A stretch of DNA of 59,313 bases from Spirochaetota bacterium (GTDB taxonomy: Bacteria; Spirochaetota; B62-G9; DRHN01), in contig DAOVJS010000001.1 in the NCBI GenBank assembly GCA_030673105.1, forward strand, positions 1 through 59,313, written 5' to 3'. Position numbers and translations under genes: made by a program. The notes beneath the pieces were generated by a model that saw only the letters and a program-made list of their open reading frames with translations, did no database searches and was not told where the DNA came from. The number at the start of each line of letters is the position of its first letter. The first letter of the stretch is position 1. Positions 36,400 to 45,530 of this stretch are shown here, piece after piece.

Positions 36400-37674
36400 A
36401 TGAAATTTATAGTAACAAAATCCAGCATGGAGGGAACGGTGACCATACCGGGATCAAAATCGCATACCATCCGTTCCGTATATATAGCCAGCCTGGCTGA
36501 TGGTCATTCCGTTATCCGGGCCCCTCTTTTATCCCAGGATACAGAGGCAGCCATCTGTGTATGCCGGGCCTTTGGGGCAGAGATAGTAAAAGTAAATAAC
36601 CAGCTCGAAGTAACCGGATTCGGAGGAAAGCCCTCTACTCCGGAGGATGTGATCGATGTAGGCAACTCCGGTACGACCCTCAGGCTGGGTGTTTCCACAG
36701 CCGCCCTGAATGAAGGCTATTCCCTGTTTACCGGCGATGAACAGATCAGAAGCAGGCCCATGGAGCCGCTTCTGACTGCTTTAAACAATCTGGGTGCCCG
36801 GGCAATTTCCACAAGAGGGAACGGGAAAGCTCCTCTGATCGTTAAAGGCAGGGCCCGGGGAGGAAAAACGGAGCTAAAGGCAGTGACTTCACAATACCTG
36901 TCCTCTCTGCTGATCAATGCCCCCCTTTTTGATAAGGATACGGAAATCATTGTGACAGAATTGAATGAGGCTCCCTATGTGGATATAACCCTGTCCTGGC
37001 TGGATGAGCAGGGCGTCCGGTATGAGAGAGAAGGATATAAGCGATTCCTAATGCCGGGAAATCAGTCCTATCATCCTTTTGAAAAGACTATACCCGGTGA
37101 TTTTTCCTCTGCTTCCTTTTTCCTTGTTCTGGGCGCCCTGTCAGAGGAAGGGGTCCGTCTGAAAAACCTGTCCATGACCGATCCCCAGGGTGATAAAAGA
37201 GTTATTGAAATATTGAAAGATATGGGAGCTGAAGTAAGGATAGATCAGGACAGTATTACAGTGAAGGGCGGAAAATTAAAAGGCCGGAAAATCGATATGA
37301 ACGATATTCCTGATGCCCTGCCCATCATGGCTGTTGCCGGCTGTCTGGCAGAAGGAGTAACAGAATTATGTAATGTTCCCCAGGCCAGGCTGAAAGAGAC
37401 GGACAGGATCAATGTCATGTTTCGCGAGCTCTTCAAAATGGGTGCGGATATCACAGAGAAAGAGGACGGTCTGGTAATCAAAAAAAGCCGGCTGAAGGCT
37501 GCCCCGGTATCGGGATTTTCAGATCACAGGGTGGTTATGGCCCTGACTGTAGCCGGACTGCAGATTGACGGAGAAACTGTAATTGATACGGCAGAATCCA
37601 CCGAGGTGACTTTCCCTGATTTCTTTGATCTTATCAGACAGTGTCAGGGTAATATAAAAAAATTTGAATACTGA
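36400..37674 (+). CDS. aroA: 3-phosphoshikimate 1-carboxyvinyltransferase (EPSP synthase)
   Basis: PGSKSHTIR, VGNSGTTLRL, RPMEPL and KETDRI motifs. Start set to the ATG at 36400, after the aroB stop. Confidence 0.9.
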   Translation: MKFIVTKSSMEGTVTIPGSKSHTIRSVYIASLADGHSVIRAPLLSQDTEAAICVCRAFGAEIVKVNNQLEVTGFGGKPSTPEDVIDVGNSGTTLRLGVSTAALNEGYSLFTGDEQIRSRPMEPLLTALNNLGARAISTRGNGKAPLIVKGRARGGKTELKAVTSQYLSSLLINAPLFDKDTEIIVTELNEAPYVDITLSWLDEQGVRYEREGYKRFLMPGNQSYHPFEKTIPGDFSSASFFLVLGALSEEGVRLKNLSMTDPQGDKRVIEILKDMGAEVRIDQDSITVKGGKLKGRKIDMNDIPDALPIMAVAGCLAEGVTELCNVPQARLKETDRINVMFRELFKMGADITEKEDGLVIKKSRLKAAPVSGFSDHRVVMALTVAGLQIDGETVIDTAESTEVTFPDFFDLIRQCQGNIKKFEY

Positions 37675-37691
37675 TTTTAAGGGAGGGCATC

Positions 37692-39017
37692 ATGATTGGC
37701 TGTCATTTAGGCCGGTTGTTTCAAGTAACAGTGGCAGGTGGATCCTATCAGGAAGGATTATCCATTATTCTGCAGGGTATCCCGCCCGGGATTTCCTTAA
37801 CGGAAAAAGAGATCTATGCTGACCTCTTATTAAGAAAACCCGGGGCTGATGAACTCTCCTCCCCAAGAAAAGAACCGGACCTGCCGGTGATATACAGCGG
37901 TCTGAATGTCGAAGATACAATACAGGATGCCGGGAACAAAAACCACACGAACGGAACCCCTTTGACCATTCTTATCCCAAACCTGGACAGGCATTTTATC
38001 CATATAAAACAGTACCAGGACACGAACCGTACTCCCCGTCCGGGTCATGCCTCCTACGCTACTTTTAAAAAGTACGGGCCTGATGATGATGCAATTGGCG
38101 CCGGTTTTTTCAGCGGCCGGTATACAGCTACTATTGTCGGGGCCGGTTATGTGGCAAAGAAGATCCTGAAAAAATGCGGGATCGATGTCTTTTCTTTTGT
38201 CAGGGAAGCTGCCGGGGTTCGGTGCTCAGAAAAAAACCTGGCAGCCATTAAAAAATATACAGATTCCTATAAACAGATGCGCAGAGACTACGATCCTTTC
38301 TATCAGACCGTTTATGAACAGGGCATGGTCACCATGGACATGCGATACCTGGAAAAAATGAAGATCTTCGCTGAGATCGAGAAGACCATAGATGATATCA
38401 GGGCCGGGGCCCCTGAAATGAAGCGTGAGATAATTCTTGAGAAATACGGTGTGCATCCTGTTATAAACTGCCCGAACATAGAAGAGGCGGATGCCATGGT
38501 GAAAGCCTGCAACAGGGTTTCCGCTCAGGGGGATTCCTCAGGCGGTATCATAGAAGTGATTGCGGCCGGTCTTCCGGCAGGTCTGGGTGAGCCTGTTTTT
38601 AACAAGCTGGATGGGGAACTTGGACGAATGCTCGGGATAGGAGCCGTAAAAGGTGTGGAAGTGGGAGCCGGCTTCAAAGTGAAGGACATGACCGGTTCTG
38701 AATGCAATGATGAGATGAGTGCAGAAAACGGCAGGGTTATCTTCGATTCAAATAACGCCGGAGGTATCACGGGAGGTGTATCGACAGGTCAGCCTCTTGT
38801 TGTCCGGCTGGCGATCAAACCCACACCGACCATAGACAGGAAACAGCATACTATTGATAAATACACATTGGAGAACAGAGAACTGGAGGCCATTACCAGA
38901 AGGGATCCTACCATTGTCTCCCGGATCTGGCCCGTGGCCGAAAATTACACTTCTCTTGTTCTTCTGGACATGCTGATGATCTATTACGGGTACAGTAAAT
39001 TGCGTGATATGAAATGA
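37692..39017 (+). CDS. aroC: Chorismate synthase, divergent long form
   Basis: RPGHASY, GFFSGRYTATIVGAGYV (signature 2), GDSSGG, GLGEPVF and RRDPTIV (signature 3) are present. Signature 1 reads GGSYQEG instead of GESHG. It carries an extra ~50-60 aa insertion. Confidence 0.8.
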   Translation: MIGCHLGRLFQVTVAGGSYQEGLSIILQGIPPGISLTEKEIYADLLLRKPGADELSSPRKEPDLPVIYSGLNVEDTIQDAGNKNHTNGTPLTILIPNLDRHFIHIKQYQDTNRTPRPGHASYATFKKYGPDDDAIGAGFFSGRYTATIVGAGYVAKKILKKCGIDVFSFVREAAGVRCSEKNLAAIKKYTDSYKQMRRDYDPFYQTVYEQGMVTMDMRYLEKMKIFAEIEKTIDDIRAGAPEMKREIILEKYGVHPVINCPNIEEADAMVKACNRVSAQGDSSGGIIEVIAAGLPAGLGEPVFNKLDGELGRMLGIGAVKGVEVGAGFKVKDMTGSECNDEMSAENGRVIFDSNNAGGITGGVSTGQPLVVRLAIKPTPTIDRKQHTIDKYTLENRELEAITRRDPTIVSRIWPVAENYTSLVLLDMLMIYYGYSKLRDMK

Positions 39018-39036
39018 TTGTAATGAAACCAGGGCT

Positions 39037-40146
39037 TCAGTATATAAACTGGAAACCGCAAGAAAAGGTGATGCCCCCGGGCTTATTCCAGCCATAGATA
39101 TCCGTTGTTTCTCCCGCCTGGACCGATAAAAAACTGAGAATCTTGAATCCTTCGTAAATATTCCAGTACATCCCGGCGGTAATAAGCGCCGAAAGGTCAA
39201 TAGGTGAAACTACGCTTCGCAGCAAATAGGTGAGTGACTCGTTTACTGACAGGGAGATTTCAGGATAGAGCATAAAACTGTACTCACTGGAGTCACCTTC
39301 CTTCTCTATCCAGGATGCACAAGGCTTGACAAGCCCTTCCAGCCTGAATGAAAGAGACATACCGCTCGCCAAACTCTGCAGGTGGAAAAGCCCCCAGCTG
39401 ATTTTAAAGCTCTCCTCCAGATCAGAAATCATAGGGGAATAATGGGGAATGGAAATAGAACTTGAAAGATGCCAGTCCAGAAACAGGTTGCCCTGAAAAC
39501 TGAGATAGGGGTTGTGCGATTGTTCCGCTCCTCTGTATAAATAGCCTCCTTCAACTTTAATGCCTCCCGGCCTGGCAACAAACCTCCCTCCGGCTGAAGG
39601 ATCTGTGGTTGACGGAGTTGAAGCTTCCGGATCAAGCATCAATTCAGAAAGGTTGAGCCCCGGTACAAGGATAATGGGTTCAATAAATGAATAAGTACTC
39701 AGGGGAATATAGGCAGATGTCAGCCATACCGCTTCATCACGCAGCTCTTCGGCTGTCATATCCGCTGTTAGAGGAGTATCGCCGAAAATCACATCCCCCG
39801 CATTATAGAAAAAACCTTCACCCCACGACACCTTTGCCTTACCGATTGTGGTCCGGAATCCGGGAAAGCGCACCTTGATAAATGCCCGTGATATATCAAT
39901 CATAACCGTATCTGCTATGGTAGTATCCAGGGTGAGCTGGGCCCTGACGTTCCTGTTCTTCACTGACTGCAATGTAAATCTGCCCTTTCCCAGACTGGAG
40001 AAAGTTAAAGAATCCTCATCTATCCTGGCCAGGGAATTCATCAGGGTCAGTTTCACTGAAGGCAGCATCTCTGCGTGAGCGGGCAGTATTCCTATCAAAG
40101 CAATGAAAAGCATCAGGATAAATCTGTTTAAGTTCTTTATTACCAT
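39037..40146 (-). CDS. Predicted outer-membrane beta-barrel protein, unknown family
   Basis: Signal peptide (ILMLFIALIGILPAHA), alternating amphipathic strands, C-terminal aromatic ...GFQFIY. 7-nt overlap with the LolA-like gene. Confidence 0.55.
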   Translation of the reverse strand: MVIKNLNRFILMLFIALIGILPAHAEMLPSVKLTLMNSLARIDEDSLTFSSLGKGRFTLQSVKNRNVRAQLTLDTTIADTVMIDISRAFIKVRFPGFRTTIGKAKVSWGEGFFYNAGDVIFGDTPLTADMTAEELRDEAVWLTSAYIPLSTYSFIEPIILVPGLNLSELMLDPEASTPSTTDPSAGGRFVARPGGIKVEGGYLYRGAEQSHNPYLSFQGNLFLDWHLSSSISIPHYSPMISDLEESFKISWGLFHLQSLASGMSLSFRLEGLVKPCASWIEKEGDSSEYSFMLYPEISLSVNESLTYLLRSVVSPIDLSALITAGMYWNIYEGFKILSFLSVQAGETTDIYGWNKPGGITFSCGFQFIY

Positions 40147-40874
40147 GTCAGTTCTTCCAGAGAAAATATGCTTGCCTTGAGCGGAATATTGATTTGGATA
40201 TCGTTTATAACAAATTCGGTACTGGAGTTACGTTTCATGGTATCCTTCAGTACCATATGAAAGGCAATATTCTTTCCCGAAACCTGCCGGACGTCATCGC
40301 AAATTATTTCCTTGAGAAGTTTTCCCGATCTGGAAAACTTGTGGATCTTCCGGTAGATAAAGAGTTCTTTATCGATCCACATTATCTGTTTGTAATAGGG
40401 AACGCCCTTCTTCTTAGCCTCCATGCTCACTTTGTAGCATGGTGCTCCGTCTATCTCCTCTGTGCCTTCAAGTTTTACTTTGTAAGATTGAAGCAAAGTC
40501 CTGCCCCCGGTCATGTCTTCATATGACATGTCAGAGCCCATAACCGATTCCTTGAGAGCTGCTCCCTGCATGCGGATAAGCTCCTCTGCGTCGGGATAGA
40601 AGAGGTAAATCTCATCCCTGGTTCGGAGAATCTTCATCCCCTCCTCCTCTACACTTGTAAACTCAATGAGCATAGTATCTGCGCCCCTGGCATAGGAGAT
40701 GAAGGTACTCCTCTTTATACCGAAACGGTCATTAATAATCATTACGCCATCGATCCGTGCCGTTTTGGTGACCGTGTTCTTCTCTAACTTTTTTATTATA
40801 TCTTCTGCAGAAATCGCCCAGAGAGATGCGGGTACCATAAGGGTTACCAATAAGGCCATAACCGTTCTTTTCAT
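40140..40874 (-). CDS. Outer-membrane lipoprotein-sorting (LolA-like, PF17131-type) protein
   Basis: Signal peptide MKRTVMALLVTLMVPASLWA and an MGSDMSYEDM motif. Start set to the ATG at 40874, after AGGAGGG; the tracked start at 40898 lies in a duplicated fragment. Confidence 0.7.
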   Translation of the reverse strand: MKRTVMALLVTLMVPASLWAISAEDIIKKLEKNTVTKTARIDGVMIINDRFGIKRSTFISYARGADTMLIEFTSVEEEGMKILRTRDEIYLFYPDAEELIRMQGAALKESVMGSDMSYEDMTGGRTLLQSYKVKLEGTEEIDGAPCYKVSMEAKKKGVPYYKQIMWIDKELFIYRKIHKFSRSGKLLKEIICDDVRQVSGKNIAFHMVLKDTMKRNSSTEFVINDIQINIPLKASIFSLEELTW

Positions 40875-40893
40875 AATAAAACCCTCCTGTTGA

Positions 40894-41035
40894 TACATGT
40901 TTCTTAATGCTTCCGCAGGCTCCGCCCCTGCCGCCGGAAGATGATGGAATCAGAATGCGTAAGCTACATGTTTCTTAATGCTTCCGCAGGCTCCACCCTT
41001 GCCGCTTTGCTTGATGGTATAAGGGATGCCAAAGA
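40894..41035. repeat. Decayed 71-bp tandem duplication of the 3' end of the FtsX-permease gene
   Basis: 40894-40934 and 40965-41005 are identical except for 2 mismatches. Similarity decays over the remaining ~30 bp of each unit. Confidence 0.8.
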
Positions 41036-42196
41036 CGCCACCATTACAGAATAAAAAAATACAAATATAGTGGATCTGAGGCTCAGAGAAGGATAGATCT
41101 TTTCGGATATCTCTATGCTGACGCCTTCCATCGCAGAGCCAAAGTTTATTCCCACAATAGAGAGGGGTATGGTTATTCCGATCCCGATAAGTACACCTAT
41201 CAGGGAGCCAATGAAGCTTAAAAACAGGGCTTCGATAAAAAAGAGACGGACAATTTCTCCACGGATCATACCCATGGCTCCAATGGTGCCTATCTCCCTC
41301 GTCCTCTCATAGATTACCATCATTGTCGTGTTAATAATAACAGAGCTGGCCAGTATGAAGAAAAATAGAGCCATAAAATTATAAGTTACAGATGCCATCT
41401 CTATAAAAGAGTAGGACGTACCAATTTCCTCCCATGACAGGGTTTCCAGCTCTTCTCTGCCTGCTGCCCGGAAGGCTGCTACAAGCTGTCCGGCTATTTC
41501 GCTGCCGGATGATCCTTTCTTGAGTTTCATGATAATTTCGGTAACAGAATCGTTCATGCGGAGGAGTTTCTGTGCTCTATCCAGCGGAACTAAAAGATAA
41601 CTTTTATTGAAGGCCTGTACCGGGAAGCTTACAATCCCTGTTATACGGAAGGTGATGGCATTTGAGCCCCGCCTCATTGTGGTGGATATCATCGTTATCT
41701 TATCACCGGTTTTAACCCCTATATCCCTGGCCAGTTCAACCCCGATGAGAGCTTGATTTTTACCCATCTCCGGCAGAACGCCTTCTATGATACGGTCCTC
41801 AAGGTTCTGGTAGGCTTTCTCATACTGAAAATCGACCCCCATTCCAATGGCCTTGTAAGTATCTTCCTTACGGTAGATTCCTGTCGGAAAGCTTATTCTT
41901 GGTGATACTGCTTCAACGGCGTCATTTTTCTCGATCTCTTCTATAACTCCCCTAAAAGATTCAATGCGCAGATGAAGGGGATTCAAATATTCATTTTTCC
42001 CATAGTCTTTGTGTCGAACTCTTATCTCTCCTGAATAATAGGTATGAAGGTTGTCGGCAAGGTCATTCTTGTATCCCTCCAGAAATGAGAAAAGAAAGGC
42101 AATGCTCATGGCCGCAACTGCAATAGCAACTATCGAAAGAAGGCTTCGTCTTTTGTTTCGCGTTATATTGCGGAGAGCTATTTTTGAAAGTTTCAT
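40964..42196 (-). CDS. FtsX/MacB-type ABC permease (LolC/E-like), second
   Basis: N-terminal TM, large periplasmic domain, C-terminal 3-TM FtsX domain (...YERTREIGTIGAMG...). Confidence 0.85.
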   Translation of the reverse strand: MKLSKIALRNITRNKRRSLLSIVAIAVAAMSIAFLFSFLEGYKNDLADNLHTYYSGEIRVRHKDYGKNEYLNPLHLRIESFRGVIEEIEKNDAVEAVSPRISFPTGIYRKEDTYKAIGMGVDFQYEKAYQNLEDRIIEGVLPEMGKNQALIGVELARDIGVKTGDKITMISTTMRRGSNAITFRITGIVSFPVQAFNKSYLLVPLDRAQKLLRMNDSVTEIIMKLKKGSSGSEIAGQLVAAFRAAGREELETLSWEEIGTSYSFIEMASVTYNFMALFFFILASSVIINTTMMVIYERTREIGTIGAMGMIRGEIVRLFFIEALFLSFIGSLIGVLIGIGITIPLSIVGINFGSAMEGVSIEISEKIYPSLSLRSTIFVFFYSVMVASLASLIPSSKAARVEPAEALRNM

Positions 42197-42207
42197 CTAC
42201 TCCTCCT

Positions 42208-43461
42208 TTACTGAAACCTCAGACAGTCGGTAATGGTCATTTTAAGGGCCCTTCGGGTAGGGAAAAAGGCAGTGACCACAGAGAGAATGATCCCTAAAAA
42301 AAAGGCGATGACAAGAGCTTTCGGATGCCAGGCACCCCGCATGATGCCTGTAACGCGGTAACCTATATCCATATCCCTGATCATTGCGGAATAGTCAACT
42401 CCCCGGTTGACTATCCATAAACACAAGATGCAGCCCAGCATAACCCCGAAAACAGATCCTATGAACCCGATTCCCCCTGCCTCGAACAGGAAGGTAAGCC
42501 TGACCTGCGAATCCTTCATCCCCAGAGCCCGCATCATTCCCAGCTCCCTGAACCTTTCGTAAATAGCCATCAGCATGGTATTGGATACGCCTACAGCAGC
42601 GATGATGAATACCAGAAAGAGGATCATTCGGGTCCCGGATTGTTTCATGGCTGCAAAGGCAACATAGTCTCTGGCCAGTATTTTCCAGCTTAAGATCTCA
42701 ATGCCCTTAAAATCTTCAATGAGCTTTTCCTCTATGCTTGCGGCCAGCATCTCTGCATCCGATCGCTCGGGAAATTTGAGATTGATCTCCGTTACAGCCC
42801 CCTGCATTTCAAGGTAAGTATCAGCAGTATCCAGTGGAAGGAATATGGCCCCCCTGTTGATTGACGGATTGGGGCAGTTGATGATTCCAACAATCTCCAC
42901 ATCGATTATCTGGTAGTAGCCATGCCTGGTTCTGGTAACAATAGTTAGAGGATAACCCACCTCAGCTCCAAGGTCTTCGGCCAGCCAGGATCCTATAAGA
43001 ATGCCTTCCTCCCCTGGCTTAAGGTAGCGGCCCTTTACTATTGTTTCCCTGAACCGGAAAACCGTGTTGTCCTGTTCAGGATCAATGCTAAAGATCTTAA
43101 CCTGCATGGAACCGTCCTGCTCAAAAGGATCTTCCCTTACTATCAATTCTCCTCCGAATACTGTTCGGGGAGCAGCCGGTATCTTCAGCTCCTGCAGCCT
43201 AACAGTCACTTCTTCCGGATTTTCGATAACATATTTCAATGGCAGCTGGTCTTTTTCCTCCCAGTATGACTCATTCAATACCCGGGCCGAGCTTGATTCG
43301 TACCAGATAAGATTTCGCTCGGACTCCATCTCTGCTCCAAGGAGCCATGCGTCAATGAATATGTAGATCCCCAGGCCAACTGCGATAGCTGCGGCTGTTA
43401 TGATAGTCCTTTTTTTATACCTGGACAGGTTTTTCAAGGCCAGACCTAATAAGAACTTCAT
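42208..43461 (-). CDS. FtsX/MacB-type ABC permease (LolC/E-like), first
   Basis: Same architecture (YERFRELGMMRALG). 4-nt overlap with the ATPase gene. Confidence 0.85.
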   Translation of the reverse strand: MKFLLGLALKNLSRYKKRTIITAAAIAVGLGIYIFIDAWLLGAEMESERNLIWYESSSARVLNESYWEEKDQLPLKYVIENPEEVTVRLQELKIPAAPRTVFGGELIVREDPFEQDGSMQVKIFSIDPEQDNTVFRFRETIVKGRYLKPGEEGILIGSWLAEDLGAEVGYPLTIVTRTRHGYYQIIDVEIVGIINCPNPSINRGAIFLPLDTADTYLEMQGAVTEINLKFPERSDAEMLAASIEEKLIEDFKGIEILSWKILARDYVAFAAMKQSGTRMILFLVFIIAAVGVSNTMLMAIYERFRELGMMRALGMKDSQVRLTFLFEAGGIGFIGSVFGVMLGCILCLWIVNRGVDYSAMIRDMDIGYRVTGIMRGAWHPKALVIAFFLGIILSVVTAFFPTRRALKMTITDCLRFQ

Positions 43462-44141
43462 TTTTTTCTCCTCTCATCCTTGATGATCTTACCATCGTGG
43501 AGCTGTACAAGCCTGTGAGCATAATCCATCACCATTGGATCATGGGTTGAGAAGATGAATGTCGTATTATACCTTGCATTCATATCTTCCATGAGCTTTA
43601 AAATAGCTTTACCTGTTTTAGAATCCAGATTCGCAGTGGGTTCATCGGCCAGGACAATCTGAGGTTCTTTAACAAGGGCCCTGGCTATCGCCACCCTCTG
43701 CTGTTGACCACCGGAAAGCTTTGCAGGACGACTGTCCACCCTTCCTTCCAACCCGACCTCCGCCAGCATGGCCATACTCCTCTCTCTTATCTCTTTCTCA
43801 TTAAAACTTAGAAGCGAGAGAGGAAACGAGACATTCTCAAAAGCGTTCAGTACCGGTATCAGGTTAAAAGTCTGAAAGATAAAACCCAGCTTGTGCCTGC
43901 GAAACAGGGCAAGTTCTTTTTTGTTCTTTGCTGAAACAGCCTCACCGTTAATGAATATTTCGCCCGAATCTGCCCGGTCTATACAGCCTATCAGGTTCAG
44001 GAGCGTAGTTTTTCCGGATCCTGACGGCCCTGCAATAGATAGGAACTCTCCCTGCTCAATCGTAAGGGTTACACCCCTGAGTGCCTTTACGACCGTGTCC
44101 CCGGTTTTGTAGCTCCGTTTTATCCGGTCAATTTTTATCAT
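43458..44141 (-). CDS. ABC transporter ATP-binding protein (LolD/MacB-type)
   Basis: GPSGSGKTT, LSGGQQQRVAIARAL, VLADEPT. Start set to the ATG at 44141, after GGGAGGG. Confidence 0.9.
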   Translation of the reverse strand: MIKIDRIKRSYKTGDTVVKALRGVTLTIEQGEFLSIAGPSGSGKTTLLNLIGCIDRADSGEIFINGEAVSAKNKKELALFRRHKLGFIFQTFNLIPVLNAFENVSFPLSLLSFNEKEIRERSMAMLAEVGLEGRVDSRPAKLSGGQQQRVAIARALVKEPQIVLADEPTANLDSKTGKAILKLMEDMNARYNTTFIFSTHDPMVMDYAHRLVQLHDGKIIKDERRKK

Positions 44142-44328
44142 TTTCTTCCCTCCCGGTGAGCGGTTTTGGACCCAGAATTTGCAGTATTCTGCCAGTGTCA
44201 TACAGTTTCAAAGAGCCCTCTTCGGCCCCAAGGATCCTTTCTGCGGCATTTTCATATAACCTGATTATTCTGGAATACACGGGTCCGAACTCTTCCAGAT
44301 ATTTTTCATACATTTTATGGCGGGTCAT
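44128..44328 (-). CDS. Small hypothetical protein (66 aa)
   Basis: An ORF fills the gap between the patatin and ATPase genes on the same strand. No recognisable motif. Confidence 0.3.
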   Translation of the reverse strand: MTRHKMYEKYLEEFGPVYSRIIRLYENAAERILGAEEGSLKLYDTGRILQILGPKPLTGREENDKN

Positions 44329-44376
44329 TAAATTTTCATCCCTGTACAGGAGTGACTTTATGGAAATAGAAGATTT

Positions 44377-45384
44377 TTATATTAACAGTCTTAGAAAGCG
44401 GTCTAATCTATCATTGAACTCTGCCACAATGCGGGTTCCTTCCTGTTCAAGGGCATGAAGGTTTTCACCTGAAGCATCGTCCATATCCGGGTTTGCAAAA
44501 ATCAGCTCAGAATTAATTCTCAAATACTGGTCTGGTTTACCTGCAACATCAAACAGTTGATAAAGCTGATAATCGACAGTTTCAGAAACACCTGACATCA
44601 TAATGTCCATTAAGGGCTTGCTCCATTCAACAGCACCCCAGTTTTTAGCACTTTTATAACTGTATGGTTTCTTTATGAACCCGGTGCCGAGAGAAAGCAT
44701 TGCAATTTTTTTTATTATAGGCCGTTTTTTAAACTTCCTTCTTACTTCTATGTACGCGCAGATAGCAGGGTTATTTGCAAAAACTCCGCCGTCAATAAGA
44801 GGATAGGGAACATCAGCCAATGACTTAATTTTTGCGGCTTCAAAATACGTCGGCGCAGCCGATGTCGCCCTTGCAACATCTTTGAGAAAGAAATCGCGCG
44901 TTTCCATTCTTTTTGCGTCATGTTGTGTGAAAAACACCGTACATCTCCTCTTAATATCATAGGCAGTAATAAGACAGGGTTTCAGTAAATCACTTAACCT
45001 TAAATCACCAAAATAATCTTCAAGAGTTTCTTCAAACGCGTCCGCGCTGTACTTTTCATCCCTCAACCCGCCTGCAGAGCGTATCCTCTGCCAGAGTGAT
45101 AAGTCAAATATCCTGTCTCCCCTTTCCATGTATAGCCTTACTGCCTCTTCAGCTGAAAACCGGGGCCTGTCGCGGCTGCCGTTTAAACCCGGGCAGAGAT
45201 AGATGCAGGTAAGAAGCCCGCCGGTACTCGTCCCTGATATAAGATCAAAAAAATCCGCAATATGAGCATTTTTATTTCCCGTTTTTTCCTGTAATTTCTG
45301 TTCTACAGCAGCTAACACCTTTGCCGGAATAAGGCCCCGGATTCCACCCCCGTCAATTGATAAAATTCTGGTGAATTTTGACAT
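44377..45384 (-). CDS. Patatin-like phospholipase
   Basis: Oxyanion DGGGIRG, nucleophile GTSTGG, catalytic Asp in IDGGVFANNP. Confidence 0.88.
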   Translation of the reverse strand: MSKFTRILSIDGGGIRGLIPAKVLAAVEQKLQEKTGNKNAHIADFFDLISGTSTGGLLTCIYLCPGLNGSRDRPRFSAEEAVRLYMERGDRIFDLSLWQRIRSAGGLRDEKYSADAFEETLEDYFGDLRLSDLLKPCLITAYDIKRRCTVFFTQHDAKRMETRDFFLKDVARATSAAPTYFEAAKIKSLADVPYPLIDGGVFANNPAICAYIEVRRKFKKRPIIKKIAMLSLGTGFIKKPYSYKSAKNWGAVEWSKPLMDIMMSGVSETVDYQLYQLFDVAGKPDQYLRINSELIFANPDMDDASGENLHALEQEGTRIVAEFNDRLDRFLRLLI

Positions 45385-45530
45385 AATAAAATAAAAGACT
45401 CCTGACATTAACCATCTACTATTTTAACTCGCTAATACAAAAAAGATCAACGGTTTTTTCTTTTAATATTGTGAAGTTATACGAGGAGATAGACGAGACC
45501 CGGAACACATCAAGAAAATCAATGCAGTGT

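Noticed and set aside
44142-44201. 20-codon extension of the LolD-like ATPase ORF
   Set aside because: The ATG at 44141 follows GGGAGGG and matches the usual ABC ATPase N-terminus (MIKIDRI...). The extension overlaps the small upstream ORF.
44377-45384. Patatin-like phospholipase as a CBASS (CapV-like) effector
   Set aside because: No CD-NTase/cyclase, E1/E2/JAB or other CBASS component is adjacent. The neighbours are aroQ and an ABC/Lol-like operon.
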